In this document: positions 28,128 to 37,167 of the stretch, in pieces
Layout of the letters: each line of letters starts with the position of its first letter
Numbering within the stretch: position 1 is the first letter of the stretch
NCBI GenBank assembly: GCA_902385635.1
Contig: CABMGN010000002.1
Span: 18,092-82,091, forward strand
DNA: 64,000 bases
Direction: 5' to 3'
From: an uncultured archaeon
Lineage (GTDB): Archaea; Nanobdellota; Nanobdellia; Pacearchaeales; GW2011-AR1
Program-made: the position numbers and the translations under genes
Notes under the pieces: model-generated
Databases searched by the model: none
What the model saw: the letters and a program-made list of their open reading frames with translations, nothing else
Told to the model about the DNA's origin: nothing

Positions 28128-28844
28128 TCACCAGTTTCTTGTATATTTCTTCCATTGCGATTTAAATAGATTAAAATTTTTTGTCCAGAGTTTACTTCTT
28201 TTTTCACCTTCAAATACTTTTGTTGCTTCACCTTGATGATAAACAAAAACCCTTGGGTCTACATAAATATCATAACCTTTTGAATAAAGTTTAAAACAAA
28301 TATCTAAATCTTCTCCACTTGCTTCTTTATAGATCTCAGAATAGCCTCCGACTTTTTTTAATGCTTCTTTTTTAAAGACACAAAATTCTCCCCAGACAAC
28401 ATCTTTAAACTTAACTAACTTAAAAGGTTTTGAGAAAGTTTTGTCAAAATTTGTTAATCCTTTATACTTAAAATAAATTCCTTTTATCATCATAAAAGTC
28501 ATTGGACTTACAAGTCCGGCTTTCTTATTTTTGTCGAGAGTTTCTTTGAGGGGTTCAAACCATTTTGGTGGAACTACTGTGTCATTATTTACAACTGCTA
28601 TATACTTACCTCTGCATAAACTTATCCCTTTATTCCAAGCTTTAGCTAAGTCAGTCCTTTTATTAAATCTAAAATATACTTCTGCAGATTTTTTAACAAA
28701 ATCTATTGCTTTCTTATCTTTAGAGCCGTTGTCAATTAAAATTAGCTCGTAATTAGTTGTATATTGTTTTATGCTTGAAATAAATCTTTCAGTTACTTCT
28801 AAATTATCTATAACTACAGCTACAATTGATAACTCTGGTTTCAT
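28128..28844 (-). CDS. family 2 glycosyltransferase
   Basis: LSIVAVVIDNLEVTERFISS...ELILIDNGSKD...VVNNDTVV has the GT-A DxD-type layout. Confidence 0.8.
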   Translation of the reverse strand: MKPELSIVAVVIDNLEVTERFISSIKQYTTNYELILIDNGSKDKKAIDFVKKSAEVYFRFNKRTDLAKAWNKGISLCRGKYIAVVNNDTVVPPKWFEPLKETLDKNKKAGLVSPMTFMMIKGIYFKYKGLTNFDKTFSKPFKLVKFKDVVWGEFCVFKKEALKKVGGYSEIYKEASGEDLDICFKLYSKGYDIYVDPRVFVYHQGEATKVFEGEKRSKLWTKNFNLFKSQWKKYTRNW

Positions 28845-29398
28845 GAGAAAAATTCCTCTGCTAATTTAATTCGTGACTTTACATCTAATTTTTCTGTTTC
28901 AGGTATTTGTTCTGATTTTGTTCCAGCATAAGAGGCAACTTCCCAGAGTGTTAAACCTAAGAGTTTCGCTGTTGTTTCCATTGAGATACCATGTTCGTAA
29001 ATCTTACTCGCTTTGTTTATAGACGCTTTTCTAAATACTTCTTGAACGTATGCTTTTAGATTCCCTGAAAGATGGTTTATCGAGTCTCGGATATCTTTTA
29101 GATGGTCGCTAACTGGTTGCATATTATCTCGATCTAGGTCAGTTATTATTTCATCAATAGAGTCTTTTATTGTTTGATAGTATTTTTTCCATCCCGGATA
29201 CTTTTGATAGTCTGTTCTCTCTAGAATTTTTCCTATGGAATAAACTATTACTGCAACTGCGATATTATCTGGATCTTGTGTTCTAGAAGCAGTATTGATT
29301 GTTTGATTACTTAGTTCTCTTATTTTGGAAAAATTTCCAATTTCAATTGCTTTCTTTGCTTCTTCGAAAATACGAAGAACATTATCAACCTCTTGCAT
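28841..29398 (-). CDS. hypothetical protein with C-terminal HTH-like segment
   Basis: Helical 185-aa ORF. ISMETTAKLLGLTLWEVASYAG resembles an HTH. It overlaps the GT2 gene by 4 nt. Confidence 0.4.
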   Translation of the reverse strand: MQEVDNVLRIFEEAKKAIEIGNFSKIRELSNQTINTASRTQDPDNIAVAVIVYSIGKILERTDYQKYPGWKKYYQTIKDSIDEIITDLDRDNMQPVSDHLKDIRDSINHLSGNLKAYVQEVFRKASINKASKIYEHGISMETTAKLLGLTLWEVASYAGTKSEQIPETEKLDVKSRIKLAEEFFS

Positions 29399-29479
29399 TT
29401 ATCTATTAAGAGACGGGGTTATTTAAAATTTGGTGTTTGATACAACAAATCTTTTAAACCATTTTTTTGTTTCTAATTA

Positions 29480-30043
29480 ATGTACACTCTTGACCAACTA
29501 TGTAACTCCAGAACATTAGTTGTAGATACTAGCCCCCTTATCGGTTATCTTCCTACTTCTGGTGCTCGAGGAATAATTGACAAACAGGTGGCGTTTACCT
29601 TTTTGGTTAGAAAAGCAGTGATTGAAGGTAAGCCTATTTACATCACCCCTAGGGTTCAGGGGGAGTATCTTAATCCAAACTGGGAAAAGAATTGCCTTAG
29701 AGCAGGTGAACGGAGGCTCGTAGATTGCAGAAAATCTTTAGTTGAAGCATTCACACAAAAGGATCGGGTTTTATCTTTTGTAGGAGAAGAACTACAGTTT
29801 TATGATGCTCTCAAGGGATTGCTCCGGGGAATGGGTTATGAAAGTATGGTTGATGATACAGATATGGATATAATTCTTACAGCATTAACTCTTGCTTCAA
29901 GGAGAAAAAAGAAAGTGGGTATACTAACAAATGATTCAGGAATTTGTGGAAATTCAAAGAAAATCTTTCCTATGACTTGTTTACCTAAGGAAGCATTTCT
30001 TGTTTGTAAGAGGGTAGAGAAGCATCAGTTCCAACCATGGTGA
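29480..30043 (+). CDS. PIN-like domain protein, atypical composition
   Basis: LVVDTSPLIGYL, DDTDMDIILTALTLA and GILTNDSGI give PIN-type acidic positions. Confidence 0.45.
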   Translation: MYTLDQLCNSRTLVVDTSPLIGYLPTSGARGIIDKQVAFTFLVRKAVIEGKPIYITPRVQGEYLNPNWEKNCLRAGERRLVDCRKSLVEAFTQKDRVLSFVGEELQFYDALKGLLRGMGYESMVDDTDMDIILTALTLASRRKKKVGILTNDSGICGNSKKIFPMTCLPKEAFLVCKRVEKHQFQPW

Positions 30044-30077
30044 TTAGATTTTTATACTGACTATTCTATATAAAAAA

Positions 30078-30440
30078 ATGGCAAGAAAGGTTATTGTAGA
30101 TACTAATTTTATTCTTAGTTGTATTCGGAATAGGATAGATTTTTTTGAAGAGTTAAAGTTTATGGGGTTGCAAGTTTTGGTTCCAATCCAGGTTGTTAAA
30201 GAGTTAGAGAAATTGTCTTTTAAGTTAAATGAGGCTAAGTTTGCCTTAAAGCTTTTGAAGGAGAACAAACCCGAAGAAATTGATCTTAAAGTTAGTTATG
30301 CCGACGAGGGAATTGCAAGATACTGTGCTAGAGATAAACATATCATCTTAGCTAGTCTGGATAAAGCATTACAAGAAAAGGTTCTTGGAAATCCCCGAAT
30401 TCTTATACGAAACAAGAAGAGTCTGGAGTTATTTGGGTAA
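30078..30440 (+). CDS. PIN-domain protein (Fcf1/VapC-like)
   Basis: VIVDTNFILSCI, VPIQVVKELEKL, ADEGIARY and ILASLDKAL. Confidence 0.6.
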   Translation: MARKVIVDTNFILSCIRNRIDFFEELKFMGLQVLVPIQVVKELEKLSFKLNEAKFALKLLKENKPEEIDLKVSYADEGIARYCARDKHIILASLDKALQEKVLGNPRILIRNKKSLELFG

Positions 30441-30506
30441 TTATATTCCTGGTCAGTAGAAACTGAAGGTAAGCTTTTTAAATGAACTTTTACTCTAATT
30501 TTTACA

Positions 30507-31115
30507 ATGTTCTATCTAACAGAAGTTGAAGACTATGTACGAGTAGAGCCTAAATTATTTGGGCTTCCTACTGCAGAGGCTGTCGATAAACAGTTAAGAG
30601 AGACATACGCTAATTTTTACAGTAAGGAACTTGGAAAGGTTGTTGCTGTTGTAGATGTTAGTTCTGTTGGAGAGGGTGTTTTAATTCCGGGAGACGGAGC
30701 AGCGTACTACAAATCTGTTTTTACTTTAGTTGCTTGGAAACCAGAATTACAGGAAATTGTATATGGAAAAATCTCTGAAATAACTAATTTTGGAGCGTTC
30801 ATCGAGATGGGGTCGATGAGAGGAATGATTCATATTTCACAAACAATGGAAGATTACGTCTCTTTTAGTAAGGAGAATGTTCTTTCAGGAAAAGCCTCTA
30901 AGAGAACTCTTAAGGAGGGTGACTTGTGTATTGCACGAGTTGTTGCAATCTCTTATAAGGGCGAGGAACCAAAAATAGGGTTAACTATGAGGCAACCGGG
31001 TCTTGGGAAAATAGAGTGGATTAAAGAGGATTATTCAAGAAAGGATAAAGAAGCTGCTAAGGCTGCAAAAGATTCTGAAAAAGTAGAGAAAGGAAAAAAG
31101 GAGAAGAAGAAATAA
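30507..31115 (+). CDS. rpoE: DNA-directed RNA polymerase subunit E' (Rpo7) with S1 domain
   Basis: MFYLTEVEDYVRVEPKLFG...GDGAAYYKSVFTLVAWKPE...GAFIEMGSMRGMIHISQ...LTMRQPGLGKIEWI aligns closely with archaeal RpoE1. Confidence 0.85.
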   Translation: MFYLTEVEDYVRVEPKLFGLPTAEAVDKQLRETYANFYSKELGKVVAVVDVSSVGEGVLIPGDGAAYYKSVFTLVAWKPELQEIVYGKISEITNFGAFIEMGSMRGMIHISQTMEDYVSFSKENVLSGKASKRTLKEGDLCIARVVAISYKGEEPKIGLTMRQPGLGKIEWIKEDYSRKDKEAAKAAKDSEKVEKGKKEKKK

Positions 31116-31116
31116 A

Positions 31117-31308
31117 ATGGCATCAAAAACAAAAGCGTGTAAGGTTTGTAATACAATTTACGACGGAGATAAGTGTCCGGAATGTGATTCAAGAGAAGGA
31201 ACTGAGTCATTCAAGGGAAAGATTGTTGTTTTAAATGCAGAAAAATCAGAGATTGCTCAGAAACTAAAATTAAATAAAGCTGGAACTTACGCTATTAAGA
31301 CAAGATGA
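31117..31308 (+). CDS. spt4: transcription elongation factor Spt4 / RpoE''
   Basis: CKVCNTIY..CPECDS zinc ribbon followed by the NGN-binding tail. It sits directly downstream of rpo7, as in most archaea. Confidence 0.8.
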   Translation: MASKTKACKVCNTIYDGDKCPECDSREGTESFKGKIVVLNAEKSEIAQKLKLNKAGTYAIKTR

Positions 31309-31574
31309 AATCACATATTGTTGAACAAAAAAAGAATCCTCTTCTAGGAAGAGAAGAAGTTATAATGGATATTGAAGCAAATTCTGCACCTAGTTTTGCT
31401 GAGGCTGCTAAGATTGCTGCAGGAGAGCTAAAAGCTTCAGAAGAATCACTTAAAGTAAGAAAGATTGATGGACATTACGGATCAGCAAAGTTTAGAATTT
31501 ATGTTAATGTATATTCTTCAAAAGAGAATATGGAAAAAACAGAACCAAAGAAAAAGGAGAAAAAAGCTAAATAA
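31305..31574 (+). CDS. rps24e: 30S ribosomal protein S24e
   Basis: The KKNPLLGREEVIMDIE signature is present. Position in the rpo7-spt4-S24e-S27ae cluster supports the call. Confidence 0.8.
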   Translation: MKSHIVEQKKNPLLGREEVIMDIEANSAPSFAEAAKIAAGELKASEESLKVRKIDGHYGSAKFRIYVNVYSSKENMEKTEPKKKEKKAK

Positions 31575-31576
31575 AA

Positions 31577-31789
31577 ATGGCAGGAAAGAAAAAATCAGCA
31601 GGGCAGGGAAAGAAGCCCCATAAGAACAAACCTACAAGTAAGAAGTATACAAAATACACAATTAGTGGAGATAAAGTAACAAGAGCAAAGTGTTGCCCTC
31701 GATGCGGTCCTGGAGTTTTCTTAATGGACTCGCAAGGCAGACTTTACTGCGGGAAGTGCCACTATTCTGAGTTTAATACTAAGAAATAA
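31577..31789 (+). CDS. rps27ae: 30S ribosomal protein S27ae
   Basis: CPRCGPGVFLMDSQGRLYCGKCHY zinc ribbon. Confidence 0.85.
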   Translation: MAGKKKSAGQGKKPHKNKPTSKKYTKYTISGDKVTRAKCCPRCGPGVFLMDSQGRLYCGKCHYSEFNTKK

Positions 31790-31838
31790 AACTCTTAGGG
31801 GCGATGGTTTTCAGAGCCTTATTCTGAAGGAAATTAAT

Positions 31839-32444
31839 ATGATGGACATAACTTTTGATGATGTTTTAAGAATGGCTTTACAGAAACCTGGGGAAAAAAC
31901 TTTTCCAGTTAGTGTTCAAGTAGCTTGTTTAGGATTAGACACTTTTCCTATCCGAGGATTACATACTTTAGATGTTGGATGCGGAGATGGAAGACTGTTA
32001 GAGTATCTTCTTAGTGAAGGAGCTATCGCTGAGGGAATTGGGCCTTTAAACGGAGTTAGACATGAGCACATAATTCCAAATCTTATCTATAATGTAGCTC
32101 CGCATTCGGGAAGTATTCCTAGACCAAACGAGACTTATGACTTAAGCTTGGCACATAATGTAGTCCCAGTTCGTAGAGCTTTTTGTTCTTTGTATAATGA
32201 AATTAAATCTAGCGATCCTGAAACTCCCTCTTTGGTGCAGAAGGGAGGTATTATCCTACTAGAAGTACATAGAGTATTAAGAAAGGGGGGAAGATTTGTT
32301 GTTTTTCCTCAGCTTGATGAATTAGATCCAGCAAATGCTAGATTTAGTTATGGGTTTGATCTAAAGCATGAAAAGGTACCAGAAGCTTATTTCCTAGCTG
32401 AGGGCGAACCCCAGAAGTATAGAACAGTTCTTACAAAACTTTAG
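31839..32444 (+). CDS. class I SAM-dependent methyltransferase, atypical composition
   Basis: Motif I is LDVGCGDGRLLEYL, with a later VLRKGGRFVV. The stop is TAG. Confidence 0.6.
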   Translation: MMDITFDDVLRMALQKPGEKTFPVSVQVACLGLDTFPIRGLHTLDVGCGDGRLLEYLLSEGAIAEGIGPLNGVRHEHIIPNLIYNVAPHSGSIPRPNETYDLSLAHNVVPVRRAFCSLYNEIKSSDPETPSLVQKGGIILLEVHRVLRKGGRFVVFPQLDELDPANARFSYGFDLKHEKVPEAYFLAEGEPQKYRTVLTKL

Positions 32445-32456
32445 AAAAATATAATG

Positions 32457-32509
32457 CGCAGAGTCAGATACTAAAAAATAAATGACTTCTTCTGCGACTT
32501 CTTTTTTTT
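32457..32509 (+). terminator. hairpin plus T8 run downstream of 31839..32444
   Basis: CGCAGA (32457-62) pairs with TCTGCG (32491-96). A T8 run follows at 32502-32509. Confidence 0.4.
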
Positions 32510-32742
32510 GAATATAAACCCTTGGACAGATGTTCCAGGAATACAAATAGATACCCGAAACCTCTGTCCTGGGCAAAAAGAGGTGATATTAATCCTACAT
32601 ATCTGTACTTTATAAATCTTTTGTTTCTGTTACTATTGTAGAATGACTAGGCTTTTCCCTAATAGAGTAGTGACCTTTTTAGCCACAGTATCCCCAGAGG
32701 GACAAAAAAAGACTTTATAAAACCCCCAGTATTCTTTAGTTT

Positions 32743-33693
32743 ATGACTGAAAAGGAAGAAAAAGAGGTCCTTAGGGCTGTAAAAAGCGCTCAAAATAGGC
32801 CAGATTTAGAGCAAGAGACCCCAAAAGTGCACCAGGATGAGATTCACAAGATTATTTTCAGTAGAGACCTAGGTTGGCAAGAGATTATTTATGACTTAAT
32901 CAATACAGAACAGCTAGATCCGTGGGATGTTGATATTGTTGTTTTAACTGATAAGTATCTGGTTAAAATCCGGGAGTTAGAAGAAGCTGATTTTTTCATC
33001 TCAAGCAAGGTTCTGTTAGCTGCTTCTCTTCTTTTAAGAATAAAATCTGAGCTGCTTTTGAATAAGTATATTAAAAGTATTGATGAAATTCTTTTTGGTA
33101 GAAAGGAGTTGAAGAAGTCTGTTCTGGAAAGAATAGAACTTGATGAAGATATTCCTTTTCTTGTTCCTAGAAGCCCAATTCCAAGATTCAGAAAGGTTAC
33201 TTTACAAGAATTAATTGAATCTTTGAATAAGGCAATTATAACTGAAAATAGAAGAATAAAAAAGGAAATTGTGAACAGAAATGCTCTGAGGGAGGTTGGA
33301 ATTTCTCTCCCGAAGAAAACTTATAGTATAAAAGATAGAATTGAATCTATCTTTGCTAGACTTTCTGGGCATTTTGAAAAAGATAAAGAAGCAAAGAAAG
33401 TTACTTATAGCGAATTTGTTGGACCGGATAGAGAAGAGAGAATAATTTCCTTCTCTCCACTCCTACATTTAGAGAATCAGAAGAAAGTTTGGCTGGAACA
33501 AGAAAAGCACTTCGATGAAATTGATATCTGGTTACAAGAAACTTACTTCAAGTACAACCCAAACCCTTTTGAAGAACTGAAAAAAGAGCTAGAAAAACAA
33601 TTTGAAGAGATGGAGAAGAAAGGAAGAAAAGGAAAAATTAAAGAAATAAACGAAGATTTTGAAAATCCTCTTGACGAGTTGATGGAAGAATGA
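32743..33693 (+). CDS. scpA: segregation and condensation protein A (kleisin)
   Basis: LDPWDVDIVVLTDKYLVKIRELEEADFFISSKVLLAASLLLRIKSELLL matches the ScpA N-domain pattern. Confidence 0.75.
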   Translation: MTEKEEKEVLRAVKSAQNRPDLEQETPKVHQDEIHKIIFSRDLGWQEIIYDLINTEQLDPWDVDIVVLTDKYLVKIRELEEADFFISSKVLLAASLLLRIKSELLLNKYIKSIDEILFGRKELKKSVLERIELDEDIPFLVPRSPIPRFRKVTLQELIESLNKAIITENRRIKKEIVNRNALREVGISLPKKTYSIKDRIESIFARLSGHFEKDKEAKKVTYSEFVGPDREERIISFSPLLHLENQKKVWLEQEKHFDEIDIWLQETYFKYNPNPFEELKKELEKQFEEMEKKGRKGKIKEINEDFENPLDELMEE

Positions 33694-34358
33694 AACTGGG
33701 GGTTCTTTTTTCGGGTGGAAAAGATTCTGTATATGCTGCTTATTTAGCAAAAAAAGCAGGGCACAACTTATCTTGTTTGATTACTCTTATTTCTAAGAAT
33801 AAAGAAAGTTATATGTTTCATACACCTTCTATTGAGAAAACAAAAGCACAGGCAAAAGTTATGAAAATTCCTCTTATTGAACAAAAAACAAAAGGAGAAA
33901 AAGAAAAAGAGCTTAAAGATTTAGAAAAGGCAATCAAGACTGCTATTGAAAAATATAAGATTGAAGGTGTTGTTACTGGGGCTATAGAGAGTGTTTACCA
34001 GGCTTCAAGGGTTCAAGAGATTTGTAATAAGTTAAACATAGAGTGTTTTAATCCTCTCTGGCAGAAAGATGGAGAAGAGTACTTAGAAGAACTTTTGAAG
34101 AATAAGTTTAAAATAATGATCGTGGGAGTTTTTGCTGAACCTCTTAATGAAAATTGGCTAGGAAGAGCTATTGATGAGAAGTTTATCAAAGAAATTAAAG
34201 AATTACACAAAAAGTATAAGATTCATATAGCTGGTGAGGGAGGAGAGTTTGAAAGTTTTGTTTTAAATTGCCCTCTTTTTGAGAAAGAACTTGAGGTTAA
34301 GAAGTTTGTTGATTCTGGTAAAGGAAATAGTTGGAGAAAGGAGGTTGAAGTTAGATGA
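33690..34358 (+). CDS. PP-loop ATPase, MJ0570 / diphthine-ammonia ligase family
   Basis: LFSGGKDS PP-loop, ESYMFHT and IAGEGGEFESFVLNCPLF. Confidence 0.75.
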   Translation: MKLGVLFSGGKDSVYAAYLAKKAGHNLSCLITLISKNKESYMFHTPSIEKTKAQAKVMKIPLIEQKTKGEKEKELKDLEKAIKTAIEKYKIEGVVTGAIESVYQASRVQEICNKLNIECFNPLWQKDGEEYLEELLKNKFKIMIVGVFAEPLNENWLGRAIDEKFIKEIKELHKKYKIHIAGEGGEFESFVLNCPLFEKELEVKKFVDSGKGNSWRKEVEVR

Positions 34359-35614
34359 TAAAACAATTAGATATCTCTTACCTTGAACCAATCTTTAATA
34401 TTCATCAGCAAGTGATCTTTCCTTTATGGAATAGGCTAGGAAGGGGCTATACTTCTACAGGGGTAAATGATCTTGTTGCTGAAGTTTTTAAGAAAGGAGA
34501 AGTATATGGTTTTTTCTCTGGAAAAGAATTAGTTGGGGTAGTCGGGGTCCAGAAAGAACCCAAGAGTTCTTCTCTAGAAATTGTTTTTTTACTTGTTATC
34601 CCAGACTTTCAGGGTAAGGGGGTAGGACATAAATTAATGGATTTTATAGATCAAAAATACTCTCAGCAGTATGACTCTTTTAGACTTACAGTTCTCACAC
34701 AAAACCAACATGCTATAGACTTCTATAAAAAATTAGGGTACGGGATTATATCTACTGAAAATAAAAATAATAGAATGGAAAAAATTCCCGACTTAGAAAA
34801 AAATCTTCATAAAAACCTATCTAAAAAAAGAGAACGAGAAATGGAAAGGTACGGGAGAACAAAAGCTTACGCAGAGGTAGCTGAATTTTTGCAAGGAGAC
34901 AAAAGAACTACTTTCTCACTTATTAATCATGTTCCAGCAATTGTTGATGATAAAATAGATAAAAAAGGGAGTAAGAAACAGTTAGAAAGAGCTAAGATTA
35001 TACTGGATCACGGATTTCACAGAAAAGGTTTTAATTTAAAAGAAAGTTGGGAACGAGACATATTTGGGCTTGGGCACAGTCTAGCTAGATTGCAAGAGGA
35101 AAAATTTAGTAGAGCAGAAGAAATCTTCCAAGAAGTACTAAACTACTGGAATATTGAGTTACAAAACCTTGCTAGGAAGGGAAAAGTTTTAAGTTCCTCT
35201 GAACTAGATAAATTGAACCTGAACATTGGTAAATCTGTTGGTTTACAATTTCTTTATTTACTCTGTACAGAGTTAGATAGCAAAAAAATAGAATCAATAG
35301 CTTCTTTGTACGGTTTTGCAATTAAGCTAGCAGATAATCTTTCAGATCTTAAAGAAGATCTTGCACAGGGATATATCAACATCTCTAAGGAAGATATTAA
35401 GAAATATAATTTGAATCTTTCTCGTATAAAAGAAGGTAATTTTAAACTCTATCAAAAATTAGAACTTGAAAGGATCAAAGAGTATTATAAAAAGGCTGAC
35501 GCGGTCGTGGAATCTTTGTTAAGTGAAGATTCTTCTCAAAAAAGAGGATTGCTTCTTTTTAAGGAGATCTCTCATTCGTGGTTAAAACAAATTACTGACT
35601 TATATCCAAAATGA
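34355..35614 (+). CDS. fusion: N-terminal GNAT acetyltransferase + C-terminal squalene/phytoene synthase-like domain
   Basis: The GNAT half has IPDFQGKGVGHKLM...AIDFYKKLGY. The C-terminal half has VDDKID (first Asp-rich motif) and LADNLSDLKEDLAQGYINISKEDIKKY (second motif region). Confidence 0.55.
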   Translation: MIKQLDISYLEPIFNIHQQVIFPLWNRLGRGYTSTGVNDLVAEVFKKGEVYGFFSGKELVGVVGVQKEPKSSSLEIVFLLVIPDFQGKGVGHKLMDFIDQKYSQQYDSFRLTVLTQNQHAIDFYKKLGYGIISTENKNNRMEKIPDLEKNLHKNLSKKREREMERYGRTKAYAEVAEFLQGDKRTTFSLINHVPAIVDDKIDKKGSKKQLERAKIILDHGFHRKGFNLKESWERDIFGLGHSLARLQEEKFSRAEEIFQEVLNYWNIELQNLARKGKVLSSSELDKLNLNIGKSVGLQFLYLLCTELDSKKIESIASLYGFAIKLADNLSDLKEDLAQGYINISKEDIKKYNLNLSRIKEGNFKLYQKLELERIKEYYKKADAVVESLLSEDSSQKRGLLLFKEISHSWLKQITDLYPK

Positions 35615-36147
35615 TCTTAATTATTTCAACTTGCTCTGAAACGTTACATGAATTAGAATTTGTAAAGCCTATAGAGGACATTATTGGGAAGGAATTTAAG
35701 ACTGTTAACTATAAAGATTTGACCCAGAAGCATATTGATTCAGCAGAAAAAATAATTATTTGTGGAACTTCTCTAAAAGATAATACTTTTTTAAAAGAAC
35801 TTGGGAAGTTTTCTTGGATTAAGGAGTATAGTAAACCTCTTTTAGGTATCTGCGCAGGGATGCAAATAATTGGGTTAGTTTTCGGAGGAAAGATTAAGAA
35901 GAAAAAGGAAATCGGGCTCATTGTTTCAAACTTTGATAAAACCTTTTTGGGGTTAGACGGAGTGAAACAGGTTTATGCTCTGCATAATAACTTTATTGAT
36001 TTTTCAAAGATTCCAGAGTTTGAAGTTTTTGCAAAGTCCTTATCTTGTGATCAAGCAGTAAAACATAGGGCTAAGAAGATTTATGGTGTTTTATTCCATC
36101 CAGAAGTAAGGAATAAGGAATTTATTAAGAAGTTCTGTCTTCTTTGA
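35611..36147 (+). CDS. class I glutamine amidotransferase (GuaA subunit A-like)
   Basis: PLLGICAGMQIIG nucleophile elbow and the LFHPEV His-Glu region. Confidence 0.7.
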   Translation: MILIISTCSETLHELEFVKPIEDIIGKEFKTVNYKDLTQKHIDSAEKIIICGTSLKDNTFLKELGKFSWIKEYSKPLLGICAGMQIIGLVFGGKIKKKKEIGLIVSNFDKTFLGLDGVKQVYALHNNFIDFSKIPEFEVFAKSLSCDQAVKHRAKKIYGVLFHPEVRNKEFIKKFCLL

Positions 36148-36373
36148 TTAATTGTTCTTTGCTTTTGCCCAATAGTTTGTTGTAGCCCCCCAATTTTCCA
36201 TCTGACCTAATAACTTTGTAGCATGGAACAGATTTATCTCTGTTTGTGGCTAGAATTCTTGCAACTGCCCGCGGATGGGAATCAAACTTCTTTGCAAGAC
36301 TTTTATATGTTGTTAGTTTTCCCTTCGGAAGAGATTTCAAAGAAGAGTTTATTTTTTCTTTTAGAGATATCAT
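36125..36373 (-). CDS. MGMT-family DNA-binding domain protein (C-terminal domain only)
   Basis: TTYKSLAKKFDSHPRAVARILATNRDKSVPCYKVIRSDGKLGGY has PCYKV in place of the canonical PCHRV. The N-terminal Ogt domain is absent. Confidence 0.7.
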   Translation of the reverse strand: MISLKEKINSSLKSLPKGKLTTYKSLAKKFDSHPRAVARILATNRDKSVPCYKVIRSDGKLGGYNKLLGKSKEQLIKEDRTS

Positions 36374-37125
36374 TTTTCACATATAACATACCAGTCCCAA
36401 GGGGATTCTTCTTCTGGGAAATATTCCTGCCCAGCTTTTGCAAATTCTTCCCAGGAGTAGAGAACTTTTTTAATCTCAATCTTTTTGAATCCTGCTTTTT
36501 TTAACCTCCAGACAAGTTCGAATTGATAATAATTTTTCTGTTTTCCTTCAAAGTTAGTTATTCCTAAAAGGAAGTCATGTTCTTTTTCTTTTATTAATTT
36601 CCTAATTCTTTTTCTTACTTTCTTACTATTTTTATCCTCTTTAGACATATTTTCTGCGATTATTAATGATTGATAGAGATAAACTTCCATTGAAGGAAAT
36701 ATCCCCATAAACTTCCCTCCTTCTTTGAGGGTGTTATTAACTTGGGTTAACATTTTATTTATCTCGCTTACTTCTGAAGTAATTATTGAATTAATTGCTA
36801 TGGCAACATCAAATTTGTTTTCTAATCCCTCTAGTTTAGATATGTCTTTTAACTCAAATTTCACATTTTTAAGGTGCTTATTTCTTTCTTTTGTTCGTGC
36901 TAACATCCCTTCTGAAAAGTCCACTGCTAGAACTTCTTTGAACTTATTTGATAGCGTTTCTTCTATCTCCCCAATCCCACATCCGAGGTCTATTGCGCTT
37001 TTTTCAGTTTTATTCTCAAGTTTATCTAAATCGTTAAATAAGGGATTTTTTTCGCTATCTTTTATTGGACTTAGAATTTCATCGTAATAATCTTTTGAAA
37101 CTAAATTCCACTCTTCTTTTTTCAT
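36370..37125 (-). CDS. class I SAM-dependent methyltransferase
   Basis: AIDLGCGIGE motif I, VLAVDFSEGM and LKEGGKFMGIFP. Confidence 0.7.
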   Translation of the reverse strand: MKKEEWNLVSKDYYDEILSPIKDSEKNPLFNDLDKLENKTEKSAIDLGCGIGEIEETLSNKFKEVLAVDFSEGMLARTKERNKHLKNVKFELKDISKLEGLENKFDVAIAINSIITSEVSEINKMLTQVNNTLKEGGKFMGIFPSMEVYLYQSLIIAENMSKEDKNSKKVRKRIRKLIKEKEHDFLLGITNFEGKQKNYYQFELVWRLKKAGFKKIEIKKVLYSWEEFAKAGQEYFPEEESPWDWYVICEK

Positions 37126-37167
37126 TCAAGAGCTTAAGAAATAGATTATAAAAATATTTCTAATATT

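Noticed and set aside
32394-32576. 60-aa minus-strand ORF in the 32445..32742 spacer, and 28031..28246 overlapping the GT2 and membrane genes
   Set aside because: Neither has initiation signals or recognisable motifs. The first spans a terminator-like hairpin and T-run of the upstream gene. The second overlaps two better-supported genes.
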